DNA from: Escherichia coli
GTDB taxonomy: Bacteria; Pseudomonadota; Gammaproteobacteria; Enterobacterales; Enterobacteriaceae
NCBI RefSeq assembly: GCF_017348835.2
Contig: NZ_CP071375.1
Direction: 5' to 3' (one strand)
Length of the DNA stretch: 64,000 nt
The notes under the pieces were generated by a model, which did not search any database, had not been told where the DNA came from, and saw only the letters and a program-made list of their open reading frames with translations. Positions 1 through 9,502 of the stretch are shown here, in pieces; position 1 is the stretch's first letter; every line of letters starts with the position of its first letter. The translations under genes were made by a program, and so were the position numbers.

Positions 1-120
1 TTGCTCACCTTTCATTCCTCCCATCATAAAATGGGTGTCAAAGGTTTCTTCTGCTGCATGTGCTTCAATGCCGAGCAATAACGCGACTATTGCTGATGCA
101 AGCGGGGTCATTCTCAACAT
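1..120 (-). CDS. yehB: Fimbrial outer-membrane usher, N-terminal 40 codons only (gene runs off the window start)
   Basis: Reverse-strand ATG at 120 translates MLRMTPLASAIVALLLGIEAHAAEETFDTHF (signal peptide); AGGAG RBS in the 15 nt gap after the chaperone stop; position fits a chaperone-usher operon. Confidence 0.6.
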   Translation of the reverse strand, partial: MLRMTPLASAIVALLLGIEAHAAEETFDTHFMMGGMKGEQ

Positions 121-135
121 AGGCAGCTCCTGCAA

Positions 136-858
136 TTAAATTTTGTCACTAATATAGTTGCCGTGATCATCGATAATGGTCAGTTGCCAGCCATTCGCAT
201 TATTATTTTTTACACTAACATTCTGACTTTCTTGTGGTGCAATCATGATTGTTTCATAATTCACTTTGACGTTATTAGCCTTAACATCAGAAATCGTTAC
301 CCAATTTGGCGAGTCATTTTTTATGACTACGTTATTACCGCTACGACTCACTCGTAATTTTTTAAAAGTCGTTTTATTTACCGGAGCAATACCAGCAGGA
401 CGGTAAAACAACTTGATTCTGTTTTGCATGGCAAATTTTAACGCATTCTTTCCTTCATCTTCTGGGCTATTCGGTGGAATATCCAGAACATTAAGATAAA
501 AAATACTTTCCTTATTACTGGGTAATTTATTAGGCATGATTTTAATTTTTATTTGTTGCCCAGAATTGGCCGCTACTTTCACTACTGGTGGCGTTAACAT
601 GAAAGGAACCTGAATCTTTTCTGGCGGCAGAGACGTGTCGCCATCATCAATCCACGCCTGCATCAGCGAAGAGCGGTTTCCCTGATTCATCAGTTGTACC
701 ATGACCTCTTTCTGCTCTGCCGGGTAAATGATACGGGTCCCGAAAATAACCATTCCGGCATGCACGGGGAATATCATAGAAGAGATGAGTAAAGATAATA
801 ACCCTTTCATCTTAATGCCTCTTATATTTATGCTGGCCGCCATGAATATGGCGGCCAT
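136..858 (-). CDS. yehC: PapD-like periplasmic fimbrial chaperone
   Basis: 240 aa ORF. An internal start at 810 (MKGLLSLLISSMIFPVHAG signal peptide, AGAGG RBS 6 nt upstream) is the more likely true start; sits between fimbrial subunit and usher. Confidence 0.85.
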   Translation of the reverse strand: MAAIFMAASINIRGIKMKGLLSLLISSMIFPVHAGMVIFGTRIIYPAEQKEVMVQLMNQGNRSSLMQAWIDDGDTSLPPEKIQVPFMLTPPVVKVAANSGQQIKIKIMPNKLPSNKESIFYLNVLDIPPNSPEDEGKNALKFAMQNRIKLFYRPAGIAPVNKTTFKKLRVSRSGNNVVIKNDSPNWVTISDVKANNVKVNYETIMIAPQESQNVSVKNNNANGWQLTIIDDHGNYISDKI

Positions 859-897
859 TTTAACTTACTGAAAAAACAAGATGATTATTTTAAATAT

Positions 898-1440
898 TTA
901 ATCCTGGGCAACACGCATAACCAATGAAGAGTTAACAGTACCAGATGCAACACCACTGTCAGTCAACTTCAGATATTTTGCCTTAAACGGTATTGCATAT
1001 TGTCCATCAGCAGTTTTATAACTTTCAATATTAAATGGTGCGGAAATATCCAGTACGTCACTGCTATCTCCCAAATAGAGATAGTATCCAACTGTGTCAT
1101 TACTACTGGATATTGCCTTATCATTACCAAGAATTTTCTCGTTGGTGATCAACGAAAGTTTTACGCCATCAATAGTCTTCGGACAAGTAATTTTCAGCAT
1201 ACTGCTGGTTACACCAACCGCGCCATCATAAGTTGAATATTTCGCTTTACCATCAAATACAGTGGTGGGTACAGTCGGCATATTAATACTGACTGAATCA
1301 CCGCCAGCGACAAATGTACATGGTGATTCAGCAATATTACCTTTAATGGTTAAAGTTCCGGTATCTACTTCAGCAGCGAAAATACCAGCACTCATAAATA
1401 CAGAAGATAAGACAGCGACAGCAATAATTGAATGTTTCAT
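898..1440 (-). CDS. yehD: Major fimbrial subunit of a cryptic chaperone-usher fimbria
   Basis: 180 aa ORF with signal peptide MKHSIIAVAVLSSVFMSAGIFA and a Cys pair typical of pilin subunits; first gene of the operon; AT-rich upstream region. Confidence 0.85.
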   Translation of the reverse strand: MKHSIIAVAVLSSVFMSAGIFAAEVDTGTLTIKGNIAESPCTFVAGGDSVSINMPTVPTTVFDGKAKYSTYDGAVGVTSSMLKITCPKTIDGVKLSLITNEKILGNDKAISSSNDTVGYYLYLGDSSDVLDISAPFNIESYKTADGQYAIPFKAKYLKLTDSGVASGTVNSSLVMRVAQD

Positions 1441-1664
1441 GATGCATTCCTTAATAAGTTTATTTTGTTTTGTTAAGAGTCTGTATCTCTTGGAAACAAA
1501 TTTCTCACATCAAAAAGGTTGCCGCAATGTAAACATATTGTTTTGTTGATTTAAAACAAATTAACTAATGCGATATAAATACAACAAATGATTCGCTATA
1601 ACAAACATTTTTGAAACTGATTAATTACCGTAAATTACCGTAAATAACATTTATGGGATGAATA

Positions 1665-1705
1665 AAAAAGCCAAAATCATTCATAGGAATGATTTTGGCT
1701 TTTTA
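1665..1705. terminator. Hairpin terminator downstream of yehE, upstream of the yehD promoter
   Basis: Perfect inverted repeat AAAAAGCCAAAATCATTC-ATAG-GAATGATTTTGGCTTTTT flanked by A/T runs on both sides. Confidence 0.7.
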
Positions 1706-1731
1706 AATATGCTTAAAACGGTGTTGGCAAA

Positions 1732-2013
1732 TTAATCGTAGCGATTTAACACGATTTTGCGTTTGTCGTTATTACCCACAGCTACCACTTCTGTCGTAAC
1801 GCCTTTTGCAGTAGAAGAAGCACGATAGTTGGTTTCAACTCGTTGTAACAACTGCCCACAACGTTGCTGAAGATGATTATTAACAACATCCATACTGCAT
1901 GTAGGGGAACTAATTCTGCCATTGATGGTTAATGTTGCAGTATCAGAAGAGAACGCGGGTGATGCTAGTCCATAAGCAAGAAAAACAGCTCCTGACAGCC
2001 AATACTTATTCAT
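1732..2013 (-). CDS. yehE: Small secreted protein of unknown function
   Basis: 93 aa ORF with N-terminal signal peptide MNKYWLSGAVFLAYGLASPAFS; position between apbC and the fimbrial genes. Confidence 0.8.
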   Translation of the reverse strand: MNKYWLSGAVFLAYGLASPAFSSDTATLTINGRISSPTCSMDVVNNHLQQRCGQLLQRVETNYRASSTAKGVTTEVVAVGNNDKRKIVLNRYD

Positions 2014-2274
2014 TGAACGTTATCCCTGTAGTAAAGGTTATGCCTGGATAGAATGAGTGCATAACAAACTATAGCTGTACATCCACTACACAGCACGAAG
2101 GATGATAATGAAGCATTGCCTGTACGATCAATCGACTTTGTAGAGTTTCGGACGAAGGTCCGCAGAATATTCGCAGTATTAAATAAGTGTTCATTAATGC
2201 GGCAAAAACAAATACACCGCATCAATGTAACATCTCTGCGGTGTATGAAGAATAACCAGAATGGTTAATAGGCG

Positions 2275-3384
2275 TTAGACCGCGCGGAAGGAAATCTCGC
2301 CTGGAATGACTTCACCCTGCCAGTAGAGCTGAGCTGCAACGCGGTCAGCCAGCTGGCGGTAGATAGCGGTAAATTCGCTCTCCGGACGGCTGATAACCGT
2401 TGGCGTGCCTTTATCGAGATCCTCACGTAAGGAGATGTGTAACGGCATCTGCCCCAGCAGCTGTGTATGGTATTTTTCAGCCAGTTTCTCTGCACCACCG
2501 GTACCGAAAATCGGTTCATGGTGACCACAGTTACTGCAAATATGCACACTCATGTTCTCGACAATACCGAGCACCGGAACCTCGACTTTCTCGAACATCA
2601 CAATGCCTTTTTTCGCATCGATCAACGCGATGTCCTGCGGGGTGGTGACCACAACTGCACCAGTTACTGGAATGTTTTGCGCCAGCGTCAATTGAATGTC
2701 ACCGGTGCCTGGCGGCATATCAAGCACCAGATAGTCGAGATCCGGCCACAAGGTTTCCTGCAACATCTGCATTAACGCCTTGCTCGCCATCGGTCCACGC
2801 CACACCATCGCATTGTCGTCAGTGACCAGATAACCAATTGAATTGGTTGCCAGGCCATGAGACATAATCGGTGCCATATGGGTACCGTCCGGCGAAGTTG
2901 GACGCTGATTTTCTGCGCCCAGCATGGTGGGAATTGATGGACCGTAGATATCGGCGTCCAGAATGCCGACTTTCGCCCCTTCCGCCGCCAGTGCCAGCGC
3001 CAGGTTTACCGCCGTGGAGGATTTACCCACGCCGCCTTTACCGGAACTGACCGCAATGATGTTCTTCACGCCATTAATACCCGGCTGATTCTTCACGCGT
3101 TTTAAGGTGGCGATATTGTGCGACAGTTTCCAGTCGATAGCTTTCGCCCCGGTGATACGCAGCAGTTCGGCGCTACATTGCTCTTTTAACTCTTCAAACG
3201 CGCTATGCCAGACGAATGGCATAACCAGTTCCACATGCAACGTGTCGTCCATCCAGGCGACATGGTGCAACGCTTTCAGCGTGGTGAGGTTATGCTTCAG
3301 GGTTGGGTGCTGAAAATTGGCCAGTGTCCCGGCGACCATTGCGCGCAAGGCTTCTGGTGATTTGGCCTGGGATTGTTCGTTCAT
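2275..3384 (-). CDS. apbC: Fe-S cluster carrier P-loop ATPase ApbC/Mrp
   Basis: ORF 2275..3414; start chosen at MNEQSQAKS (369 aa). P-loop SSGKGGVGKS and C-terminal CSNCGH motif; divergent from metG. Confidence 0.9.
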   Translation of the reverse strand: MNEQSQAKSPEALRAMVAGTLANFQHPTLKHNLTTLKALHHVAWMDDTLHVELVMPFVWHSAFEELKEQCSAELLRITGAKAIDWKLSHNIATLKRVKNQPGINGVKNIIAVSSGKGGVGKSSTAVNLALALAAEGAKVGILDADIYGPSIPTMLGAENQRPTSPDGTHMAPIMSHGLATNSIGYLVTDDNAMVWRGPMASKALMQMLQETLWPDLDYLVLDMPPGTGDIQLTLAQNIPVTGAVVVTTPQDIALIDAKKGIVMFEKVEVPVLGIVENMSVHICSNCGHHEPIFGTGGAEKLAEKYHTQLLGQMPLHISLREDLDKGTPTVISRPESEFTAIYRQLADRVAAQLYWQGEVIPGEISFRAV

Positions 3385-3515
3385 CCCGACTCCTTTTTTG
3401 TATAGATAAACCATCAGCTGATAGTTTACCTGAAGAATATAGAGAAGTACTTACTTAACATTTTCCCATTTGGTACTATCTAACCCCTTTTCACTATTAA
3501 GAAGTAATGCCTACT

Positions 3516-5549
3516 ATGACTCAAGTCGCGAAGAAAATTCTGGTGACGTGCGCACTGCCGTACGCTAACGGCTCAATCCACCTCGGCCATATGCTGGAGC
3601 ACATCCAGGCTGATGTCTGGGTCCGTTACCAGCGAATGCGCGGCCACGAGGTCAACTTCATCTGCGCCGACGATGCCCACGGTACACCAATCATGCTGAA
3701 AGCTCAGCAGCTTGGTATCACCCCGGAGCAGATGATTGGCGAAATGAGTCAGGAGCATCAGACTGATTTCGCAGGCTTTAACATCAGCTATGACAACTAT
3801 CACTCGACGCACAGCGAAGAGAACCGCCAGTTGTCAGAACTTATCTACTCTCGCCTGAAAGAAAACGGTTTTATTAAAAACCGCACCATCTCTCAGCTGT
3901 ACGATCCGGAAAAAGGCATGTTCCTGCCGGACCGTTTTGTGAAAGGCACCTGCCCGAAATGTAAATCCCCGGATCAATACGGCGATAACTGCGAAGTCTG
4001 CGGTGCGACCTACAGCCCGACTGAACTGATCGAGCCGAAATCGGTGGTTTCTGGCGCCACCCCGGTAATGCGTGATTCTGAACACTTCTTCTTTGATCTG
4101 CCCTCTTTCAGCGAAATGCTGCAGGCATGGACCCGCAGCGGTGCGTTGCAGGAGCAGGTGGCAAATAAAATGCAGGAGTGGTTTGAATCTGGCCTGCAAC
4201 AGTGGGATATCTCCCGCGATGCCCCTTATTTCGGTTTTGAAATTCCGAACGCGCCGGGCAAATATTTCTACGTCTGGCTGGACGCACCGATTGGCTATAT
4301 GGGTTCTTTCAAGAATCTGTGCGATAAGCGCGGCGACAGCGTAAGCTTCGATGAATACTGGAAGAAAGACTCCACCGCCGAGCTGTACCACTTCATCGGT
4401 AAAGATATTGTTTACTTCCACAGCCTGTTCTGGCCTGCAATGCTGGAAGGCAGCAACTTCCGCAAGCCGACCAACCTGTTTGTTCATGGCTATGTGACGG
4501 TGAACGGCGCGAAGATGTCTAAGTCTCGCGGTACCTTTATTAAAGCCAGCACCTGGCTGAATCATTTTGACGCCGACAGCCTGCGTTACTACTACACTGC
4601 GAAACTCTCTTCGCGCATTGATGATATCGATCTCAACCTGGAAGATTTCGTTCAGCGCGTGAATGCCGATATCGTTAATAAAGTGGTTAACCTGGCCTCT
4701 CGTAATGCGGGCTTTATCAACAAGCGTTTTGACGGTGTGCTGGCAAGCGAACTGGCTGACCCGCAGTTGTACAAAACCTTCACTGATGCCGCTGAAGTGA
4801 TTGGTGAAGCGTGGGAAAGCCGCGAATTTGGTAAAGCAGTGCGCGAAATCATGGCGCTGGCTGACCTGGCTAACCGATATGTCGATGAACAGGCTCCGTG
4901 GGTGGTGGCGAAACAGGAAGGCCGCGATGCCGACCTGCAGGCAATTTGCTCAATGGGCATCAACCTGTTCCGCGTGCTGATGACTTACCTGAAACCGGTA
5001 CTGCCGAAACTGACCGAGCGTGCAGAAGCATTCCTCAATACAGAACTGACCTGGAATGGTATCCAGCAACCGCTGCTGGGCCACAAAGTGAATCCGTTCA
5101 AGGCGCTATATAACCGCATCGATATGAAGCAGGTTGAAGCACTGGTGGAAGCGTCTAAAGAAGAAGTGAAAGCAGCTGCCGCGCCAGTTACTGGCCCACT
5201 GGCAGATGATCCGATTCAGGAAACCATCACCTTTGACGACTTCGCCAAAGTTGACCTGCGCGTGGCGCTGATTGAAAACGCAGAGTTTGTTGAAGGTTCT
5301 GACAAACTGCTACGCCTGACGCTGGATCTCGGCGGCGAAAAGCGTAATGTCTTCTCCGGCATTCGTTCTGCTTACCCGGATCCGCAGGCACTGATCGGGC
5401 GTCACACCATTATGGTGGCCAACCTGGCGCCACGTAAAATGCGCTTTGGTATCTCCGAAGGCATGGTAATGGCTGCTGGTCCTGGCGGGAAAGATATTTT
5501 CCTGTTAAGCCCGGATGCTGGTGCTAAACCAGGCCATCAGGTGAAATAA
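3516..5549 (+). CDS. metG: Methionyl-tRNA synthetase
   Basis: Class I aaRS motifs HLGH ([11 protein letters not shown]) and KMSKS (GAKMSKSRG); zinc knuckle [18 protein letters not shown]; start taken at [12 protein letters not shown] inside ORF 3507..5549. Confidence 0.95.
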   Translation: MTQVAKKILVTCALPYANGSIHLGHMLEHIQADVWVRYQRMRGHEVNFICADDAHGTPIMLKAQQLGITPEQMIGEMSQEHQTDFAGFNISYDNYHSTHSEENRQLSELIYSRLKENGFIKNRTISQLYDPEKGMFLPDRFVKGTCPKCKSPDQYGDNCEVCGATYSPTELIEPKSVVSGATPVMRDSEHFFFDLPSFSEMLQAWTRSGALQEQVANKMQEWFESGLQQWDISRDAPYFGFEIPNAPGKYFYVWLDAPIGYMGSFKNLCDKRGDSVSFDEYWKKDSTAELYHFIGKDIVYFHSLFWPAMLEGSNFRKPTNLFVHGYVTVNGAKMSKSRGTFIKASTWLNHFDADSLRYYYTAKLSSRIDDIDLNLEDFVQRVNADIVNKVVNLASRNAGFINKRFDGVLASELADPQLYKTFTDAAEVIGEAWESREFGKAVREIMALADLANRYVDEQAPWVVAKQEGRDADLQAICSMGINLFRVLMTYLKPVLPKLTERAEAFLNTELTWNGIQQPLLGHKVNPFKALYNRIDMKQVEALVEASKEEVKAAAAPVTGPLADDPIQETITFDDFAKVDLRVALIENAEFVEGSDKLLRLTLDLGGEKRNVFSGIRSAYPDPQALIGRHTIMVANLAPRKMRFGISEGMVMAAGPGGKDIFLLSPDAGAKPGHQVK

Positions 5550-5558
5550 TCCCCCTTC

Positions 5559-5590
5559 AAGGCGCTGCATCGACAGCGCCTTTTCTTTAT
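5559..5590 (+). terminator. Rho-independent terminator of metG
   Basis: GGCGCTG-CATCGAC-AGCGCC stem-loop followed by TTTTCTTTAT just after the metG stop. Confidence 0.75.
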
Positions 5591-5689
5591 AAATTCCTAA
5601 AGTTGTTTTCTTGCGATTTTGTCTCTCTCTAACCCGCATAAATACTGGTAGCATCTGCATTCAACTGGATAAAATTACAGGGATGCAGA

Positions 5690-8600
5690 ATGAGACACTT
5701 TATCTATCAGGACGAAAAATCACATAAATTCTGGGCGGTTGAGCAACAGGATAATGAGCTTCATATTAGATGGGGTAAAGTCGGTACTAACGGGCAAAGT
5801 CAGATAAAAAGTTTTTCAGATGCTGCTGCAGCGGCAAAAGCGGAGCTTAAGCTGATCGCAGAGAAAACGAAAAAAGGCTATGTGGAAAATGCTTCAGCAA
5901 ACGTGCATATCTCCCCCATCACCAAAGCCACTCCTGAAGTTGAAACTTCCCCTGAGAGTAAAAACCAACGCCCGTGGCTGGCTGATGATGCAGTTATTCC
6001 GGTAACTGACGATATTAACCGATTTGCTTTTCCTCATCGCTCTCGCCCCAGAGAGATCAATTATCTGCGCAAAGACGGTGAGATATGGAAGCGTATTGCA
6101 GATAACACCAGGGCATATGATCCCGACAACAATTACCGCTCTTATCCTGAAAACTGGCAGCAGGCTTTTGCTGAGTTACAAAGGCGAATTCTGGATAATC
6201 AACAGACAGGGAGTGCGCAATCTGATGCAGCATTGCTCTGGAGTTTTTGGAACTCTTACTCTGCAGATGAACTGGTCGATGACTTAGTCATTCGCTGTGG
6301 TCTGGAAAGCGCCGTTGAAATCGCCCTTTTTGCCCTTCAACTCAAATATAAACCAGTAAAAGGCGCAGTAACCACCATCATTCCACCTAATCACGAAGCA
6401 GAATCGCTACCTAGTTGGCATCAACGTCTATGTCATCATCTTTCACTCGCTTCAGAAGATGAGTGGCAACGCTGTGTAGATAAAGTACTCACCGCCATTC
6501 CGACGCTATCCCCCGCACGGCAACCTTTTGCGGCGCTACTGCTCCCTGAACGCCCGGATATCGCCCATGCTATAGCTCTACGCTATGCAGACCAAAACGT
6601 CCCGGCGATCACCTGGTTAAGTATGATGGTAAGCGATGATGTTGCCCTGGCCATCCAGGAAATATATGGTTTCCCACCGCTATATAATGATTTCCGCAAA
6701 TATCTGGCTACGTTGCTGGCAAATAATGGAATGCGTGGTGTAAGCCGGATTCTTCTCAAGCTACCTGTCGACTATCCCGTAAAATACACGGACCTTTTCA
6801 CTCACATACACGCCAATGCTGAAGATCTTGTCAAATGGCTATGGAAAACGAATCACCCGGATGCGATTCAAATTCTGATCCTCGGTGTAAATGGCAAGAA
6901 AAAGCACCTGGAATACTTAAGCAAAGCCTGCCAAAAACATCCCGCTGCGGCTATTGCCGCTTATGCTACTTTGCTGGCAATACATGAAAATAATGAGTGG
7001 CGTAAAGCGCTTGTCAAACTGATTACTGCCACGCCAGAGTTAGTATGCGAGGTCATTCCCTGGGTTAATGCTAAGGCGGCAGGCATCTTATCTGAATGTC
7101 GTCCGCTGCCAGTAGCTGAAGAATGTGAATATGCCACTGTGGATATGTTGCCGGAGCTGCTTGTCGCTCCACCGTGGATAATAAATAAGAAAAAGAATGT
7201 CATACCCGTATTTGATTTACCGGTACTTCCCATTCCTGCCGTCACGGATATCACACCAGGAATTACAGAGTTAATCAGTCATACTGACATATCCAGATTC
7301 AGTGAAATCGCGCAATATCAGGCATCACAGCAAACCTTATTTACCGATCTGCCACTAATTGAAAAAGAAAGCTGGGAGACATCTTTCATTCCTTTTACAC
7401 CAGAACAACAAATCCTTTGGCAATTAGGTTTTAATGAATGGCTGCATTGCGAAAATGACTTACATGAAAAAAAATATATACCGCAAAGCGCTGTTGATGC
7501 CTTGTTGCGCTTTGATTTTCCAGCACTAAAAGCTGAGTTTGCGAAATATCACAACAATGCCAACAAAAGCTGGAATCTATCTGCGCTTTGTTACTTACCG
7601 GGACAACAGGCGATCTCATTTCTCAACCAAATAATCATTGAGGAGCGATATTCAGGTGAGAAAGAGATTCTGGCGGTTTTTGGTAGTACGGCCATTCCTG
7701 CGTTTATGACCTGCTTGCAACGAGATCATCAACGCCTGTGGATATTCACCCTTTTTATTGGAGCCAGTGAACTAGCCTTACCAATGGCGCAGCGGTTACA
7801 GAAAAAAATGGGTTACAAGGATGCCGTTAATTGGCTGGCAAATAACCCGCGCCATGCCGCCGCCGGGCTACTGCCTTTGGCGCTGGGCAAACCGTGCCAA
7901 AATCGGGAATATGCCCGCCAGGCACTCCTCCTGCTAGTGAAATTAAACCAGCGAGAAACGATTGAGGAAATCACCCAAGGATATAATCAACCTGATGTTT
8001 TAGCTGCGCTGGCAACATTATTTGATAGCGACCCACTGGAAGAATATCCTGCAAAAATCGCCCCACTGCCCGGCTTTTATCAGTTCCCCTTATGGCGCAG
8101 ACCTCGGCTTAAAAGTAACAACCTGCCTCTGCCAGATGACACTATGCGCCACCTCGGCACAATGTTGAGCTTTCCACGCGACATTACCTCCTACGCTGGG
8201 CTGGCGATCATCAAAGAGACCTTCACCCGCGAATCACTGGCTGACTTTGGCTGGGATCTCTACACGGCATGGACAGAAGCTGGCGCACCCGCAAAAGAGA
8301 ACTGGGCATTTACCTCGCTGGGGATTCTAGGCAATGACGACACCGCGCGTAAACTAACCCCGCTCATCCGCGCCTGGCCGGGTGAATCCCAGCATAAACG
8401 CGCGGTTTACGGGCTGGATGTGTTAGCCAGTATCGGTAGCGACATTGCGCTTATGTTGCTTAATGGCATTGCGCAAAAGATTAAATTCGTTGCATTACAG
8501 GAACATGCCAGCGACAGAATCAATATGGTCGCCGAAAATCGCGGACTGACAATGGCCGAACTGGAAGATCGCCTGGCGCCGGATTTAGGGCTTGATAGCA

Positions 8601-9490
8601 GTGGCTCGCTGATACTGGATTTCGGCCCCCGCAAATTCACCGTTGGTTTTGACGAAACCTTAAAACCTGTAGTGTGCGATGCAAACGGCAAAGTCCTGAA
8701 AGATTTACCTAAGCCAAACCAGAGCGATGATAAAACACTGGCAACTGACGCAGTTAATCTCTTCAAACAGTTGAAAAAAGATGTTCGTGCTATCGCCAGC
8801 CAGCAAATTACCCGTCTGGAACAGGCTATGTGCCAGCGCAGACGCTGGACGGCAGAGCAGTTCCGCCTGTTTCTGGTGGAGCATCCGCTGGTACGTCACT
8901 TAACCCGACGGCTGTTATGGGGAGTATATACTGAGGAAAACACGCTGATTGCCTGCTTCCGGGTCGCAGAAGATAGCACTTACAGCGATGCGCAGGAAGA
9001 GCTATTCACGTTACCAGCAGGAAACATCGGTATTCCGCATGTGCTGGAAATATCCCCTGAATCCGCCGCTGCATTCAGGCAAATTTACGCTGATTACGAA
9101 CTGCTTCCCCCTTTCCAACAGCTCGAGCGAGGTAGCTATCACCTTGCTGATAATGAACGTAATACTCACGAACTGACACGCTGGCAAGGACGGCTTTGCC
9201 AGGCCGGACGCATTGTCGGGCTGGAACGCCGAGGCTGGCAACGTCTGGAAGAAAGCGGCAGCGTTTATGCGATGCGCAAAACAACCCCTCATGGCGATCT
9301 CGAACTTGAAACGGAACCTTTTTCATTAATTTATGGTGAAACGGGGTATGGCGACCAGCTACCGGTTGAAAGCGTAAAAATCACCTCGCCAGATGATCGC
9401 TACGGTAAACAATCCTCACTCACTTTCTCCATGCTCGACGACATCACCGCCAGCGAGCTGATTAACGACATCGAATCACTGTTTGATTAA
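5690..9490 (+). CDS. molR: MolR-family giant protein, copy 1: N-terminal WGR-like module plus conserved C-terminal region (recalled as DUF4132); intact here
   Basis: 1266 aa uninterrupted ORF; N-terminus FIYQDEKSHKFWAVEQQDNELHIRWGKVGTNGQ looks like a WGR domain; C-terminal ~450 aa align with the next two ORFs. Confidence 0.85.
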   Translation: MRHFIYQDEKSHKFWAVEQQDNELHIRWGKVGTNGQSQIKSFSDAAAAAKAELKLIAEKTKKGYVENASANVHISPITKATPEVETSPESKNQRPWLADDAVIPVTDDINRFAFPHRSRPREINYLRKDGEIWKRIADNTRAYDPDNNYRSYPENWQQAFAELQRRILDNQQTGSAQSDAALLWSFWNSYSADELVDDLVIRCGLESAVEIALFALQLKYKPVKGAVTTIIPPNHEAESLPSWHQRLCHHLSLASEDEWQRCVDKVLTAIPTLSPARQPFAALLLPERPDIAHAIALRYADQNVPAITWLSMMVSDDVALAIQEIYGFPPLYNDFRKYLATLLANNGMRGVSRILLKLPVDYPVKYTDLFTHIHANAEDLVKWLWKTNHPDAIQILILGVNGKKKHLEYLSKACQKHPAAAIAAYATLLAIHENNEWRKALVKLITATPELVCEVIPWVNAKAAGILSECRPLPVAEECEYATVDMLPELLVAPPWIINKKKNVIPVFDLPVLPIPAVTDITPGITELISHTDISRFSEIAQYQASQQTLFTDLPLIEKESWETSFIPFTPEQQILWQLGFNEWLHCENDLHEKKYIPQSAVDALLRFDFPALKAEFAKYHNNANKSWNLSALCYLPGQQAISFLNQIIIEERYSGEKEILAVFGSTAIPAFMTCLQRDHQRLWIFTLFIGASELALPMAQRLQKKMGYKDAVNWLANNPRHAAAGLLPLALGKPCQNREYARQALLLLVKLNQRETIEEITQGYNQPDVLAALATLFDSDPLEEYPAKIAPLPGFYQFPLWRRPRLKSNNLPLPDDTMRHLGTMLSFPRDITSYAGLAIIKETFTRESLADFGWDLYTAWTEAGAPAKENWAFTSLGILGNDDTARKLTPLIRAWPGESQHKRAVYGLDVLASIGSDIALMLLNGIAQKIKFVALQEHASDRINMVAENRGLTMAELEDRLAPDLGLDSSGSLILDFGPRKFTVGFDETLKPVVCDANGKVLKDLPKPNQSDDKTLATDAVNLFKQLKKDVRAIASQQITRLEQAMCQRRRWTAEQFRLFLVEHPLVRHLTRRLLWGVYTEENTLIACFRVAEDSTYSDAQEELFTLPAGNIGIPHVLEISPESAAAFRQIYADYELLPPFQQLERGSYHLADNERNTHELTRWQGRLCQAGRIVGLERRGWQRLEESGSVYAMRKTTPHGDLELETEPFSLIYGETGYGDQLPVESVKITSPDDRYGKQSSLTFSMLDDITASELINDIESLFD

Positions 9491-9502
9491 AAGGATTTAA
9501 CA

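Noticed and set aside
3834-4565. 243 aa antisense ORF inside metG, with similar long antisense ORFs inside bglX (32421..33413), cirA (57875..58726), yehW/yehX (28727..29431) and lysP (60270..60662)
   Set aside because: They lie wholly within well-supported genes on the opposite strand, have low-complexity Arg/His/Gly-rich translations and no RBS; typical of stop-codon-poor antisense frames.
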